From the IMG/VR virus record IMGVR_UViG_3300010233_001188, positions 1-64,000 of that record: a stretch of 64,000 bases of DNA; one strand, 5' to 3'. Origin of the DNA: a virus. The translations under genes were made by a program, and so were the position numbers. This document shows, in pieces, positions 28,111 through 37,387 of this stretch; the first letter of the stretch is position 1, and every line of letters starts with the position of its first letter. The notes under the pieces were generated by a model. That model ran no database searches. It worked only from the letters and a program-made list of their open reading frames with translations, and was not told the origin of the DNA.

Positions 28111-29850
28111 TTATCCGGGACTGTACTGAGCCTGCATGGTCGTAAGACTACGACTAATAGCTGGTCTGATTGATTGAGCAATCCCATTCGCATCTGTTGC
28201 CTGTGTGGCAATCGAGATATTATCAATCTGAATAGAATTGCTATTAGATGCATATTGACTATTGGCGATAGAACTTAAAGCGTTTTGAAACTTCTGCACA
28301 TAGCCTAAACCAGAAGTTCCGGTTACGTCCCTAGCATTAGCCCCTTGTGCGAGAGGACGCCCTGTAAACCATGCAGACGCGGCATCATTAGCATTCCCAA
28401 ACTTACTAATGAGGCTACCAAACTGATGCTGGAATACCGCATCCTGAGCTTGGGGGGATGCTAAGAACTCTTCAGGCGTTAGAGATTTACCCAGGGCGGC
28501 TTTTGTCCAAGCAGGGATGTTTGCCCCCATAACTTGATATCGCCCGTATGCATGGTCCCCTGTGCCTGTGGTCGGGCCTATGGCACTATAATTACCGCTG
28601 CCGCGACTTTCGACCGCCGCTATAGCATCAGCATATTGAGAAATACCAGCACCGGGAGCACCGCTTTGTGTTTGAAATGTCTCTGCTTGAGGAGCAAGTG
28701 CTCTCTTAGCATTTGCAAATTTCGGATCTTTCCCAACAAGCTTATAAACAGCAGCTTGCCCAGCATTCCCCGTCCATAAGTCGGTCCAAGCTTGTTTCAA
28801 TTCTTTCAAATGACTGATGAGGTAATACACAACAAAAGCAACTGCCGCTAAGCCTGTAACAAGCCACCCAATAGGAGTAGCCTCCATAGCCGCACCCACC
28901 GCCCAAAGTGCGGAACCTAAAGCAGGAAGTGTATCTGCAGTCAGAAGCCCTAGCCAGAGGAGCAACCGAGGAATCCACCCTATCAAAAGGGTAAAGCCTC
29001 TAATGACACCAACTACGGCGGCACCTAAAACAAAATCACCCATAGCGATGCTTAATGCTATAGCTGCGGCAGTTATAGCATAGAAAGCGGCTTCAAGTAT
29101 CGCCGGATTTTGTTGAAACCATTCCGAAAGCTTCGTCAACTGAACTGTTACGAAATTCAATGCAGGGGTAAGCTGTGTCGCTATAATGCGACCTAATTGT
29201 GTAGCAGCCTGATTAAACTCACGCCAAGCTTTCAGTCGAACTTGTGCAGCTTTAGCGTCTTGCTCGTTTGCAATACCAAGTTTTTTCTGCTCGTCAATAA
29301 GGTCTTTAACCGCATCCCTACCTTGCAGCAAAACATTGATAGTATCGTCATCAATGCCTGCACCTTTTAACAAGGCAACAGCGACTGGCTTATCCAAACC
29401 CTCAACCGCTTTACTTAGGTCAAGTAAGATATCCCCAAACGGGCGCATCTTTCCGCGTGTATCAGATATCTGGACACCTAGCGCACGAAAATAAGGAATC
29501 GTAGAAGATTGGCCTGTTATCGCAAATTGACCAAAGGATTCTGATAGGCCCTTGATCGTAGCCGCCATACCTTGAGCAGAACCACCCGCATCGGCGGCAG
29601 CGTTCTCCCACGCGCTCAATTCGCCCGCTGTGGACCCAATACGAAACGCTAAACGCCCAAGAGCAGCGTCCGTATCAGTCAAATCTTCAATAAACTCTTT
29701 AAGCCCCTTACCCGCTGTAAAGAGAGTAAGAAGCCCAATAACCTGATTCTTTAGCTCATCTAAAGATGCCTTGACCTTTTTGTTCCCAGAATCAATGCCT
29801 TTAGTATCAAAGCCTAAAGCAATAACAAATGAATCAATGATTCCGGCCAT
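28111..29850 (-). CDS. Tape measure protein with C-terminal lysozyme-like domain
   Basis: IIDSFVIALG start, helical and hydrophobic core, AIAAVES.G..Y...AYGRYQ lytic-domain motif. Confidence 0.85.
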   Translation of the reverse strand: MAGIIDSFVIALGFDTKGIDSGNKKVKASLDELKNQVIGLLTLFTAGKGLKEFIEDLTDTDAALGRLAFRIGSTAGELSAWENAAADAGGSAQGMAATIKGLSESFGQFAITGQSSTIPYFRALGVQISDTRGKMRPFGDILLDLSKAVEGLDKPVAVALLKGAGIDDDTINVLLQGRDAVKDLIDEQKKLGIANEQDAKAAQVRLKAWREFNQAATQLGRIIATQLTPALNFVTVQLTKLSEWFQQNPAILEAAFYAITAAAIALSIAMGDFVLGAAVVGVIRGFTLLIGWIPRLLLWLGLLTADTLPALGSALWAVGAAMEATPIGWLVTGLAAVAFVVYYLISHLKELKQAWTDLWTGNAGQAAVYKLVGKDPKFANAKRALAPQAETFQTQSGAPGAGISQYADAIAAVESRGSGNYSAIGPTTGTGDHAYGRYQVMGANIPAWTKAALGKSLTPEEFLASPQAQDAVFQHQFGSLISKFGNANDAASAWFTGRPLAQGANARDVTGTSGLGYVQKFQNALSSIANSQYASNSNSIQIDNISIATQATDANGIAQSIRPAISRSLTTMQAQYSPG

Positions 29851-29853
29851 GAT

Positions 29854-30470
29854 TTATTTTGCGTTTCGCTTCTGAACTTCTTTTTTGTTAGAAAAATCCA
29901 CTATGATAATTTCTAGGATGTCATAGGCATCCTCAAGCCCAAGCACAGTGTCTAGCTCCGTGAAGGATGCCTTCCCGGACGAGACGATTGTGAAGATGAG
30001 GGCTGAGACGTTTTTGGTTTTTGCGGGGCTGTTCCCGGAGTCCTGGCCGACGATGAAGTCGAGATCGCGTCGGCTATGGAAAAACCCGTGTGTAGATTGA
30101 AGACCTCCGAGCGAAGCTTCAGGAGTGTTGTAACCTCTTCAATATCGCCATCGAATAATGGGCGCTTCACGGAAGGATTGGAGGGATTTGGGATATATTC
30201 AATACAGGACATCATTTCATTCAGCAAAGGCTCGGCATCAGCAAAATTCATGCTAAGCAGCGCCTTCAATCCGATAATCGCAATTCCGGCCATCCCTGCT
30301 TGAGCGGCTTCTTCTGGAATGTCTATGCCGGATTTACCTAAAGCAAAGAGAGCACGAGCAGCCCACTTCTCAGCCTCTAATGCTGATTTCTCGGTAATGA
30401 GGTACTGTTTCCCGCGATCACGATTAGCGGAATCGGTTTCTGGGATGACTACTATAGATGTTTTACGCAA
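29854..30470 (-). CDS. Tail assembly chaperone, long form via -1 frameshift (gpGT-like)
   Basis: G GGT TTT slippery heptamer at 30087-30081; -1 frame open to TAA at 29854. Confidence 0.8.
29952..30470 (-). CDS. Tail assembly chaperone (gpG-like)
   Basis: Between tube and tape measure; RD.GK.Y.ITE..A..AE.WA, DIEEV.TL..LR. Confidence 0.85.
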   Translation of the reverse strand: MRKTSIVVIPETDSANRDRGKQYLITEKSALEAEKWAARALFALGKSGIDIPEEAAQAGMAGIAIIGLKALLSMNFADAEPLLNEMMSCIEYIPNPSNPSVKRPLFDGDIEEVTTLLKLRSEVFNLHTGFSIADAISTSSSARTPGTAPQKPKTSQPSSSQSSRPGRHPSRS

Positions 30471-30517
30471 AGGATAAAGCCTTTCACAGAGGCTATGGTT
30501 GCATTAAGTCAAAAATC

Positions 30518-30958
30518 TTATGTGCTGGCAGGCTGAATCGTATTCCAAGTAATTTCAAACTTACGGGGCTGGAGCAGCTTCTTAGCATCAGGGATGGGCA
30601 TATACCCGGTCAAGAAACCGCGCGTCATGTTCCACTTAGTGCCGAGAGAAGGCAGCGATACGTAGCCAGTAGCAATAAACGGATTCAGACTAGACTGCGA
30701 TTGCGTCCACCACTGATCGAATACAGCATTGGATGCAGAATCCGCTTGAAGCGTGACCGATTGAACAATTGGTACATATACAAAACCGCCCGATAACGTA
30801 CCGTCTAAGCCCATCACAACTTCGGCTGATTTCAGTGTCTCCGTATTGAAGATATCATCTGCCGAAAAGCCTTGAAGCTGTTGTGGGGAATTAAACAGAT
30901 CCGTAATCGTCAATGTGTAGACGGCATTTGCGCTTGTTATCGCACCAATCGATGCCAT
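30518..30958 (-). CDS. Tail tube protein
   Basis: ITSANAV, LQGFSADD, MGLDG.LS.G, LQADS.S; follows sheath. Confidence 0.85.
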   Translation of the reverse strand: MASIGAITSANAVYTLTITDLFNSPQQLQGFSADDIFNTETLKSAEVVMGLDGTLSGGFVYVPIVQSVTLQADSASNAVFDQWWTQSQSSLNPFIATGYVSLPSLGTKWNMTRGFLTGYMPIPDAKKLLQPRKFEITWNTIQPAST

Positions 30959-30985
30959 TATAAACTACTCCTCAGAACCTAAGAT

Positions 30986-32755
30986 TTATTGGACAACGAT
31001 GCTGGCAAGCGACAATTTTTGGACAGATTCCCCATCCACATACCAGAGCGTCATAGGCGGGCTTTGGCGTGCGACTCGCGTTGCCGAAGATGCGGGCTGA
31101 ATTTGCAGATACCAGCCTTGAGTCTGAACCGTGTTGGCAATATTAGCCCCGGCTGCATTATTGATTTCCGCAATCTGTAAAGCAGAAAGTGCAACACCGG
31201 CTCTAATCACACCGGCATTCAAAGCCGCCGCTAATGGGCCAAGGCACGCCGATTCAATCAAGCTGTAACCAGCCGCATTATACGGGATGGAATTTACATT
31301 GGTCAGAAGATTGACCAGCGCCACCTGAAGCTGATTATTGAGCCATATCTGGTTGAGGTACGTATCAACCCAATCGAACGGGCCTGAGATGGAGCCGGGG
31401 TACATAAACGTCCAGCTATTATTGCCGGTCGCGTATGCGCCCATATAGTTATAACCATTAGCCTGAAGATTAGATGCAACCGTGGCGCTCGTCACACCCG
31501 GCGCTAATCCGCTCTGAGTCTTGAACGCTAAAGTAGCGCGGCCATTAGTTTGTGTGAAATCAATCGAAGCGGCATACCCGCAGACAAACGCACCCCCATA
31601 GTACGGGCCACCAGTGCTGGGTTCATAGATAGGGCAAGTACCGGAATAATCATCCGTCTGGGTAACGATATAACCAAAACTGCCAGTAGCAGCCGTGCTT
31701 TCGGTTGGGAGGATGTCTGTATCAACCGCCACATACATATAACGATTGCTCTGAGTACTCGTCCAAGCCGCAAATGCAAGCTTGCCGGTAGGCGGCTCAG
31801 CACCGCTATCGGGATCGAACAACAGTTTGAACGTCGCCCAATTCTGGGTAAGCGTAGTAATCCCAGTCATAAAGGATGCGGTAGTATTCGCAGTCTGGGC
31901 AGAAGCACCTTGGCTCAAGACAGCGCCCGTAGCAGCCGTCAAATCAAGACTTGTTGCCAAATTGCCGGATGCATAAGCAACAGTAGATACATTTCCATAA
32001 ATGCCGGAAGTGATGACAAATGCACTTGACGTGGAATCATACGTAACTGTGACATTGGCTGGCTGAACTTGCATCGATTCAGCGCCGGTAGCCGAGATAT
32101 TAGCACTTAAGTTATAAGTGCCATTTCCACCAGTGCCATTACCGAGACCGGTAATCCAAGTCCCGGTAGTAACGTTGCCGCCAATGACCTGTTGCCCAAC
32201 CGCAATATTACCAGAGGACCAGCCTGTGACCGTAAGAACCGTGCCAGTGATGTTGCCGGTAAAGGAAGAGATGTTGCCACCGTTACCCGCATTCAATGCA
32301 TTCTGAATCGTAGTCGCGGCAGCCGAAAAGCTAGACGCAGCGGAAAGGCTGATGCTGCCATTACCACGGCTATACCCATCTACTATAATAGTAATATTGC
32401 CAGCACCAAGCGCATTAAGCTGTGCAAGCGTTAGGGCGCTAAGATTGCCGCCACGCTCATAAGCAGAAACATTCCCGGTATTGTATTGTGCAAACAGCAT
32501 AGCGCCCGGCAAAGCTGTAGCACCAGTAAAACCGCCAAAGTAAATCTGAGCTTGGGCATATTCCGCAGACGCACCACCAAAATACTGCGCTACCGAAGTA
32601 GCCGTGGGAAACGACAAGACTTGATTATACGGGACGCGGGTATTGGTAGTGATAAACAAACCATTGAGTTCAAGATTGCTCCCGCCTGCGCTTAAAACGC
32701 CAGGAACAACCTGAACTATGGTCGATGCCGGGATCGTATTGACAATCGATGCCAT
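30986..32755 (-). CDS. Tail sheath protein (DUF3383-like)
   Basis: IPAS.IV.V.PGV, QNWATF, NQIWLN, SIPYN..G, WY.DG.SVQ. Confidence 0.9.
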   Translation of the reverse strand: MASIVNTIPASTIVQVVPGVLSAGGSNLELNGLFITTNTRVPYNQVLSFPTATSVAQYFGGASAEYAQAQIYFGGFTGATALPGAMLFAQYNTGNVSAYERGGNLSALTLAQLNALGAGNITIIVDGYSRGNGSISLSAASSFSAAATTIQNALNAGNGGNISSFTGNITGTVLTVTGWSSGNIAVGQQVIGGNVTTGTWITGLGNGTGGNGTYNLSANISATGAESMQVQPANVTVTYDSTSSAFVITSGIYGNVSTVAYASGNLATSLDLTAATGAVLSQGASAQTANTTASFMTGITTLTQNWATFKLLFDPDSGAEPPTGKLAFAAWTSTQSNRYMYVAVDTDILPTESTAATGSFGYIVTQTDDYSGTCPIYEPSTGGPYYGGAFVCGYAASIDFTQTNGRATLAFKTQSGLAPGVTSATVASNLQANGYNYMGAYATGNNSWTFMYPGSISGPFDWVDTYLNQIWLNNQLQVALVNLLTNVNSIPYNAAGYSLIESACLGPLAAALNAGVIRAGVALSALQIAEINNAAGANIANTVQTQGWYLQIQPASSATRVARQSPPMTLWYVDGESVQKLSLASIVVQ

Positions 32756-32788
32756 TCACAATAACTCCTGGAATTTAAACGGGGGAAT

Positions 32789-33532
32789 TTATTCTGGAAA
32801 AACCACTTCCACAGGCTTCAACGTGATGTTGAGGCTCTGGGCATAGGGCTGACTTGCCGCAATCGTGGGATTTATTTGGAGAGCGGCTTCGATGATGTAT
32901 CGCCACTCAATCTGCTGCTGGTCATTATCAAATGGAATCTGACGGGCCTCATCCGCGTAAAGCGGAACCACACTCGCGTTACCGTATGATGCAAACGCTT
33001 GCACGGCATAATCATCACGAAACATCGTAGTGATAGTCTGTGCGTAATCACCCGCAATCATTGATGCGGAATGGCATTCCAATTGGAAGAAAATCTTAGT
33101 GGGCTGAAGATAGTATGTATTACCGCAGCCCATCGTCTGGTTAGCAACAATCTGTCCGGGGCTTACAGTATACGTACCAACGCTGCCGTTGCCTGTGCCT
33201 AATGCCGTAATGATTGTACTAGAAATAACATCAGGCCCGTAAACAGTATTTCCGACAGCTATATTGCCATCTCCAATACTGACCGAGTTCACATTAAGCG
33301 TTGCGCCGCTGATGTTGCCGGTAAAAGCAATATCGCCGGAGTAGTCTACGTTTGTCTCTATACGCTCGCGGCGAATAGGCCAACAGACCACAAACTCAGT
33401 ATTACTGGGCTCACTGACACGGTTATCCTGTCCCTGAAATACCTCCACATTAGATGGAAGGATTTGGACAAGGAAGTTTCGCAAATATGTTTGTGCGATA
33501 GCTTCGGTAACTGAAGGGAGCGTAACGCCCAA
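32789..33532 (-). CDS. Tail terminator / neck protein with inserted beta module
   Basis: GQDNRV.EP, PLYADE, EWRY; precedes sheath. Confidence 0.75.
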   Translation of the reverse strand: MGVTLPSVTEAIAQTYLRNFLVQILPSNVEVFQGQDNRVSEPSNTEFVVCWPIRRERIETNVDYSGDIAFTGNISGATLNVNSVSIGDGNIAVGNTVYGPDVISSTIITALGTGNGSVGTYTVSPGQIVANQTMGCGNTYYLQPTKIFFQLECHSASMIAGDYAQTITTMFRDDYAVQAFASYGNASVVPLYADEARQIPFDNDQQQIEWRYIIEAALQINPTIAASQPYAQSLNITLKPVEVVFPE

Positions 33533-33541
33533 TGATCAATT

Positions 33542-33847
33542 CTACCCACGCTGAGAATAAAAGGAGGCGTTGAGCGTGGTATTTCCAGACTCAGGGTAGA
33601 AAGTTAACCCCGCAAGATTTCCCGTATACCAAAACATCGTAGCTGAAGTTAACGGCATACCTAATGTCAAATTAGCCGCAATACCATCATCCCGCCAACG
33701 AATCGTAGCGTTACCCTCTGTCTCAAGTAAAACCGCCGTCGCATTACCTGGGATGGTCACATTGCCCGTAGTCAGGGTAAAGGCTCCGCCCTGCAATGCA
33801 TACTGAGCGTAACCAAGCGGCGCAATTCGTACAGGAATTTCGATCAT
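33542..33847 (-). CDS. Small structural protein
   Basis: IRWRDDG motif; 6 sequons in 101 aa. Confidence 0.65.
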   Translation of the reverse strand: MIEIPVRIAPLGYAQYALQGGAFTLTTGNVTIPGNATAVLLETEGNATIRWRDDGIAANLTLGMPLTSATMFWYTGNLAGLTFYPESGNTTLNASFYSQRG

Positions 33848-33860
33848 TGATTAGATGCCT

Positions 33861-34253
33861 TTACGAATTGTTCTGGAGTACGCATATGATGCTACACCAA
33901 TCAGGCCAGATTTCGCTGACCTGAGTCGTTAGCCACGTAGTTCCGAATGGAAAACATTTCCCGTTAGTAAATTGAATGATATCTCCGCCCTTATTGCTCG
34001 GACGCAAGATGCCTTCGAATCTACCATTCGCCCAGATCCGCCTAAGGACGCCTTGTAAATTAAGTCCATCAATCATCCGCAGATCCTTGCCGCTTAATGG
34101 CTGTATCTGCATAGTGACATTAATATCAGGGGCGTAAACGGGAGAACGTTGTCCGGTAGCAGAAGTGGTGTAGCCCGTACTAACCTTGATCACCCCCTGA
34201 AAGAAGGGGTTGACCGCTGAAATAGCGCCGGACGCGATTCCGTGAAGATTAAT
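33861..34253 (-). CDS. Head-closure / neck protein (probable ATT start)
   Basis: STGYT....G.R.P.Y, QIQPLSGKDL..IDGLNLQG, GGD, WPDWC; frame extends to ATT-AAT-CTT-CAC. Confidence 0.75.
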   Translation of the reverse strand: MNLHGIASGAISAVNPFFQGVIKVSTGYTTSATGQRSPVYAPDINVTMQIQPLSGKDLRMIDGLNLQGVLRRIWANGRFEGILRPSNKGGDIIQFTNGKCFPFGTTWLTTQVSEIWPDWCSIICVLQNNS

Positions 34254-34270
34254 TTTAGTCTACTCAGCTA

Positions 34271-34738
34271 TTAGGATGCGGTCTTAGGATTGCTGAAATA
34301 GGCTGTTGCAGACTGCGCAACAAACTCTGTTGCGGTATTATTGCCCATCACAATACTTGCGTTACCACCGCCGCCATCAATTGTTCCACCAATGGGCGGG
34401 TAAACGGAAAGATTGCCCGTGCCGCCAATAACAAAAACAGGGATAGGCAGGCCAACGACGGCGGCGGGCAGAATAACACCTGTTGAACCATTACCCCCCG
34501 ATACAAAATTAATCCCATAGCTCAAAGCAGCGGCAGTTGATTGATTGCCGCCAGTAGCAGTCACATTAGCAGTAGGAATAATCTGATTGCCGGTAAGATT
34601 AGCAACAATGCTCTGGCCGTTAATCCAAGCAACAGTTTGAGCGGGGCCAAGGACCAAATCCCCGAAGGAAGCAAGTACAGTAGTATTTCCAGAAATAGAC
34701 ACGGGGATAAACTCCTCTACAAAGGTAGGAACGAACAC
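34271..34738 (-). CDS. Small structural protein
   Basis: A.GG.Q..A, GVILP and VYP..G.TI motifs; 8 sequons. Confidence 0.65.
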   Translation of the reverse strand: MFVPTFVEEFIPVSISGNTTVLASFGDLVLGPAQTVAWINGQSIVANLTGNQIIPTANVTATGGNQSTAAALSYGINFVSGGNGSTGVILPAAVVGLPIPVFVIGGTGNLSVYPPIGGTIDGGGGNASIVMGNNTATEFVAQSATAYFSNPKTAS

Positions 34739-34792
34739 AAAGGCCGTACAGGCCGGTTAATGGGGTTTTGTGGGCAAACTAGCCTAAAGCGT

Positions 34793-34818
34793 ATAAAAGC
34801 CGTGTACGGGCTTCCTGG
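34793..34818 (-). repeat. 26-bp dispersed hairpin repeat (24/26 identical to 57305-57330, opposite orientation)
   Basis: Minus strand ccaggaagcccgtacacggcttttat versus plus strand ccagggagcctgtacacggcttttat. Confidence 0.8.
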
Positions 34819-34824
34819 GCGCTC

Positions 34825-35382
34825 TTAGGTGCCTGAGGGCTTCTTATCGGTAACTTGAAAGTGGACGTTATTCAGTAAGTCGCCAGAATCAATCAACGGC
34901 TTGGTAGATGCGCCGTAATTGGTCTTACCATCTTTCACACGCTGAGCAGCTATTCCTACCGTCTTACCAGTAACCTTGATGCCTTTAGACTTCATGCCAC
35001 GAAGCATCACAGTAATGGGACTTAATGGCGGGTCAAACGTCTCTCGAATTTCTTCTTGAATCTGATCTTTAATGATCGCGCCCATCTGACCAAGCGCCTG
35101 TTCCTGATCGCCACCATTCGACTTCAGGATCGTTAATAGCTGCTTAGGCCATTCCTTCTCGTGCTTCAGCCGGGCATTGGTCATGAAAGGACGTGGGGGG
35201 ATTTTCTTCTTAGGCGCGCCAAAATTCTGAATGGCCGCAACCATGGCAATAGATGTGCCGTCAGGATACTTATCGTTTGCTAAGAAACCAACTTCAACAA
35301 AGCCGGACTTCTTCAATCGAGATGTCATAGCCTTTATGACAGCCTCGTACTTAGTCCCGCCTGTAATCTTGGCAGAAGCCAA
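34825..35382 (-). CDS. Neck / tail-completion protein
   Basis: VGFL....YPDGT..A.VAA..NFG, IPPRPF, KPLIDSG. Confidence 0.8.
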   Translation of the reverse strand: MASAKITGGTKYEAVIKAMTSRLKKSGFVEVGFLANDKYPDGTSIAMVAAIQNFGAPKKKIPPRPFMTNARLKHEKEWPKQLLTILKSNGGDQEQALGQMGAIIKDQIQEEIRETFDPPLSPITVMLRGMKSKGIKVTGKTVGIAAQRVKDGKTNYGASTKPLIDSGDLLNNVHFQVTDKKPSGT

Positions 35383-35565
35383 TTAGTCTTCAACCTGATT
35401 GATGTAGCCGAGGCTAAGATTATTTATGCCCGATTGAGCCGTAGGCTTCCGCATGGAGCACCATATCTTAGATTCTTCTCTCTCGCGGTGCAGAACTTCA
35501 AATGGAATAAACTCAATCCCAACTGCCTTCTTTACATGATCACGCCTGATTTCGTCCATAGTCAT
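35383..35565 (-). CDS. Small hypothetical protein
   Basis: Coupled to neighbours on both sides. Confidence 0.5.
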   Translation of the reverse strand: MTMDEIRRDHVKKAVGIEFIPFEVLHREREESKIWCSMRKPTAQSGINNLSLGYINQVED

Positions 35566-35789
35566 TACCCGCTCCCCAATCGAGGGTAATCAATCTCATC
35601 CACACTCTTAGCTAATGCAATCCTCCAAGCATCAACCCAGAACGATTTAACTTCGGCATTCGTACAAAAACTGATGTGAAGTATTTCCGTAGGTGCTAAC
35701 TGAATAGCAATCACAGTCCAAGGCAAATCCGTATCGCCGTCAAGCCAAACCTTGTCCCCTAATTGGTAGTCTGACTCGTAAGTAGGCAT
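35565..35789 (-). CDS. Small hypothetical protein (SH3/KOW-like)
   Basis: AAGGA RBS; YQLGDKVW pattern. Confidence 0.55.
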   Translation of the reverse strand: MPTYESDYQLGDKVWLDGDTDLPWTVIAIQLAPTEILHISFCTNAEVKSFWVDAWRIALAKSVDEIDYPRLGSG

Positions 35790-35814
35790 CGGTCCTTTGT
35801 CTCAGAAATAAAAG

Positions 35815-35929
35815 TGGACGCGGTTCTCGACAGGGGATGAAGTATGCTCTAGGCGCTTTTTAGCTTGTGCGGGATGAAACACAAGCCGGAATGAAGAGGC
35901 CGAACATTACATCACAAGAACCGCGTCCA
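35815..35929 (-). ncRNA. Candidate structured small RNA
   Basis: 13-bp perfect closing stem, internal hairpins, three UUCAU(C/U)CC repeats, TATAGT/TATAAT just upstream on the minus strand. Confidence 0.5.
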
Positions 35930-35960
35930 ATTATAACTATACACGCTTTAAAAAATGCAT

Positions 35961-36644
35961 TTATTTCTCCCACCACTTGCCCCCAATTTTAGGAGGCTTA
36001 TCGGGAGAACTTACAGTACATTCAACCACCCGAGTCTTTGGATCGAATTTAGTAACGGTAAAAACAGATTGGCGAGGAAGCAAAAATTCCGATTCCCCAC
36101 TGCCCGTCGCACACCCGTGCTGACCAGCTCTTGCATTTATCTTAAAAAACAAACCACCTTCTTTTTTTGAACCTCTAAATTTAGAAGATCCGGCTACTGA
36201 AGGATCGGTGGATGTTGCCGTAAAAGCAAGGTCAGTGAATGTTTTTTCACCTTTTGAAATCCTAGCTGCCAATTCTTTAGCATACTTATCGCTAATACCA
36301 CGATACAACGTAGTATCTGATGTCAATCGTGTCCGATATATTATAGTATCTATTTGTTTTGCAAACTCCGTCATCTCTTTGCCATAAGCAGTCACAGAAT
36401 CCTTATTACGCAAAGCGGCATTCATTGCCCCAGACGCATAAGCTTTTATGGCGTCATTCTCGGCAGGGGTTCTTTTTTTCCTGTCAACTTCGGATAGTGT
36501 TGACTTGCCATTTGCCCCAACACTGAATTTTCCACCCTCATCTCTTGGATGATCCGTCTCTGTGAATTTACCCGCATCCAAAGCAAACGCTTTCAAAGAA
36601 AAGCGATGAAAAGGCTTTAGATTCATTACACTAATACCCACCAC
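35961..36644 (-). CDS. VIP2/Alt-like ADP-ribosyltransferase
   Basis: AIKAY....MN.ALR, TLYRGI, FTATSTD and ESEFLLPR (R-S-E triad); N-terminal HPRD..GKF. Confidence 0.88.
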   Translation of the reverse strand: MVGISVMNLKPFHRFSLKAFALDAGKFTETDHPRDEGGKFSVGANGKSTLSEVDRKKRTPAENDAIKAYASGAMNAALRNKDSVTAYGKEMTEFAKQIDTIIYRTRLTSDTTLYRGISDKYAKELAARISKGEKTFTDLAFTATSTDPSVAGSSKFRGSKKEGGLFFKINARAGQHGCATGSGESEFLLPRQSVFTVTKFDPKTRVVECTVSSPDKPPKIGGKWWEK

Positions 36645-36655
36645 GTCCCCAAGGA

Positions 36656-37384
36656 TTATTTCTGAGAAGGACTAATCCCATTCCCTATATTTATGTAATA
36701 ATCTGGGCCGTATTTTTCTAAAATAGTAGCTCGATATTTCGCTATTTGCGCCGGTGTCCTTTTGTACGATCCATTTGCCATTCTAGTAGCAGTACGACGT
36801 GTCATTTCTTCTAGTGACTTTTTAGTACCCGTACAGGCCGCAATAGAAGCTTCTAAACATTGTGGTGTTGGCGGCTTTCCCTTCATTCGTTCACTGGCTC
36901 TACGAGCGGCTTCTTTATGCCCAGGTGTCGATACACCTTTTTTACGCAGAGAAATTAACGCGCGGGTTTTTTCAGACCTCGTGCACCCCGTAAGTCTTTC
37001 AGAAATCTTCTGACAATGTTCTTTAGAACTTTTCGTACCAAGCCTTGACCCGACACAGATAAGACATTCGTTTAAGATACGGCTTTTTCCATATGTAGAT
37101 ACATATAAATCCAAAATTGATTGCTCATATAGATCAAGTAATTTTTTATCTATCGCACATACCAACAATGGCTCAAACTTCAAAGCCGTAATGCCATATT
37201 TTTTATATGCCCGCGACATTCTATTATTCGAATGTATTTCTCTAGCCAGGCTATACTTATGATAGCCCCATCTTTTTCTGAAATGCTTTGCCTGCCCAAT
37301 ATAAAAACAATCAGGCTTGCCGCCACGAGTAAGGGTGATTCTATAAACTCCCGCCTCACCTTTAGGCCAAACTGTATATCTCAT
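36656..37384 (-). CDS. GIY-YIG homing endonuclease with NUMOD3-like repeats
   Basis: GVYRI...FYIGQA...RW..H; basic C-terminal repeats (SKEHCQKISE, SEKTRALIS). Confidence 0.88.
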   Translation of the reverse strand: MRYTVWPKGEAGVYRITLTRGGKPDCFYIGQAKHFRKRWGYHKYSLAREIHSNNRMSRAYKKYGITALKFEPLLVCAIDKKLLDLYEQSILDLYVSTYGKSRILNECLICVGSRLGTKSSKEHCQKISERLTGCTRSEKTRALISLRKKGVSTPGHKEAARRASERMKGKPPTPQCLEASIAACTGTKKSLEEMTRRTATRMANGSYKRTPAQIAKYRATILEKYGPDYYINIGNGISPSQK

Positions 37385-37387
37385 ACT

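Noticed and set aside
36656-37384. Group I intron around the GIY-YIG (or HNH) gene
   Set aside because: Flanking genes are complete and spacers are only a few bases; these are free-standing endonucleases
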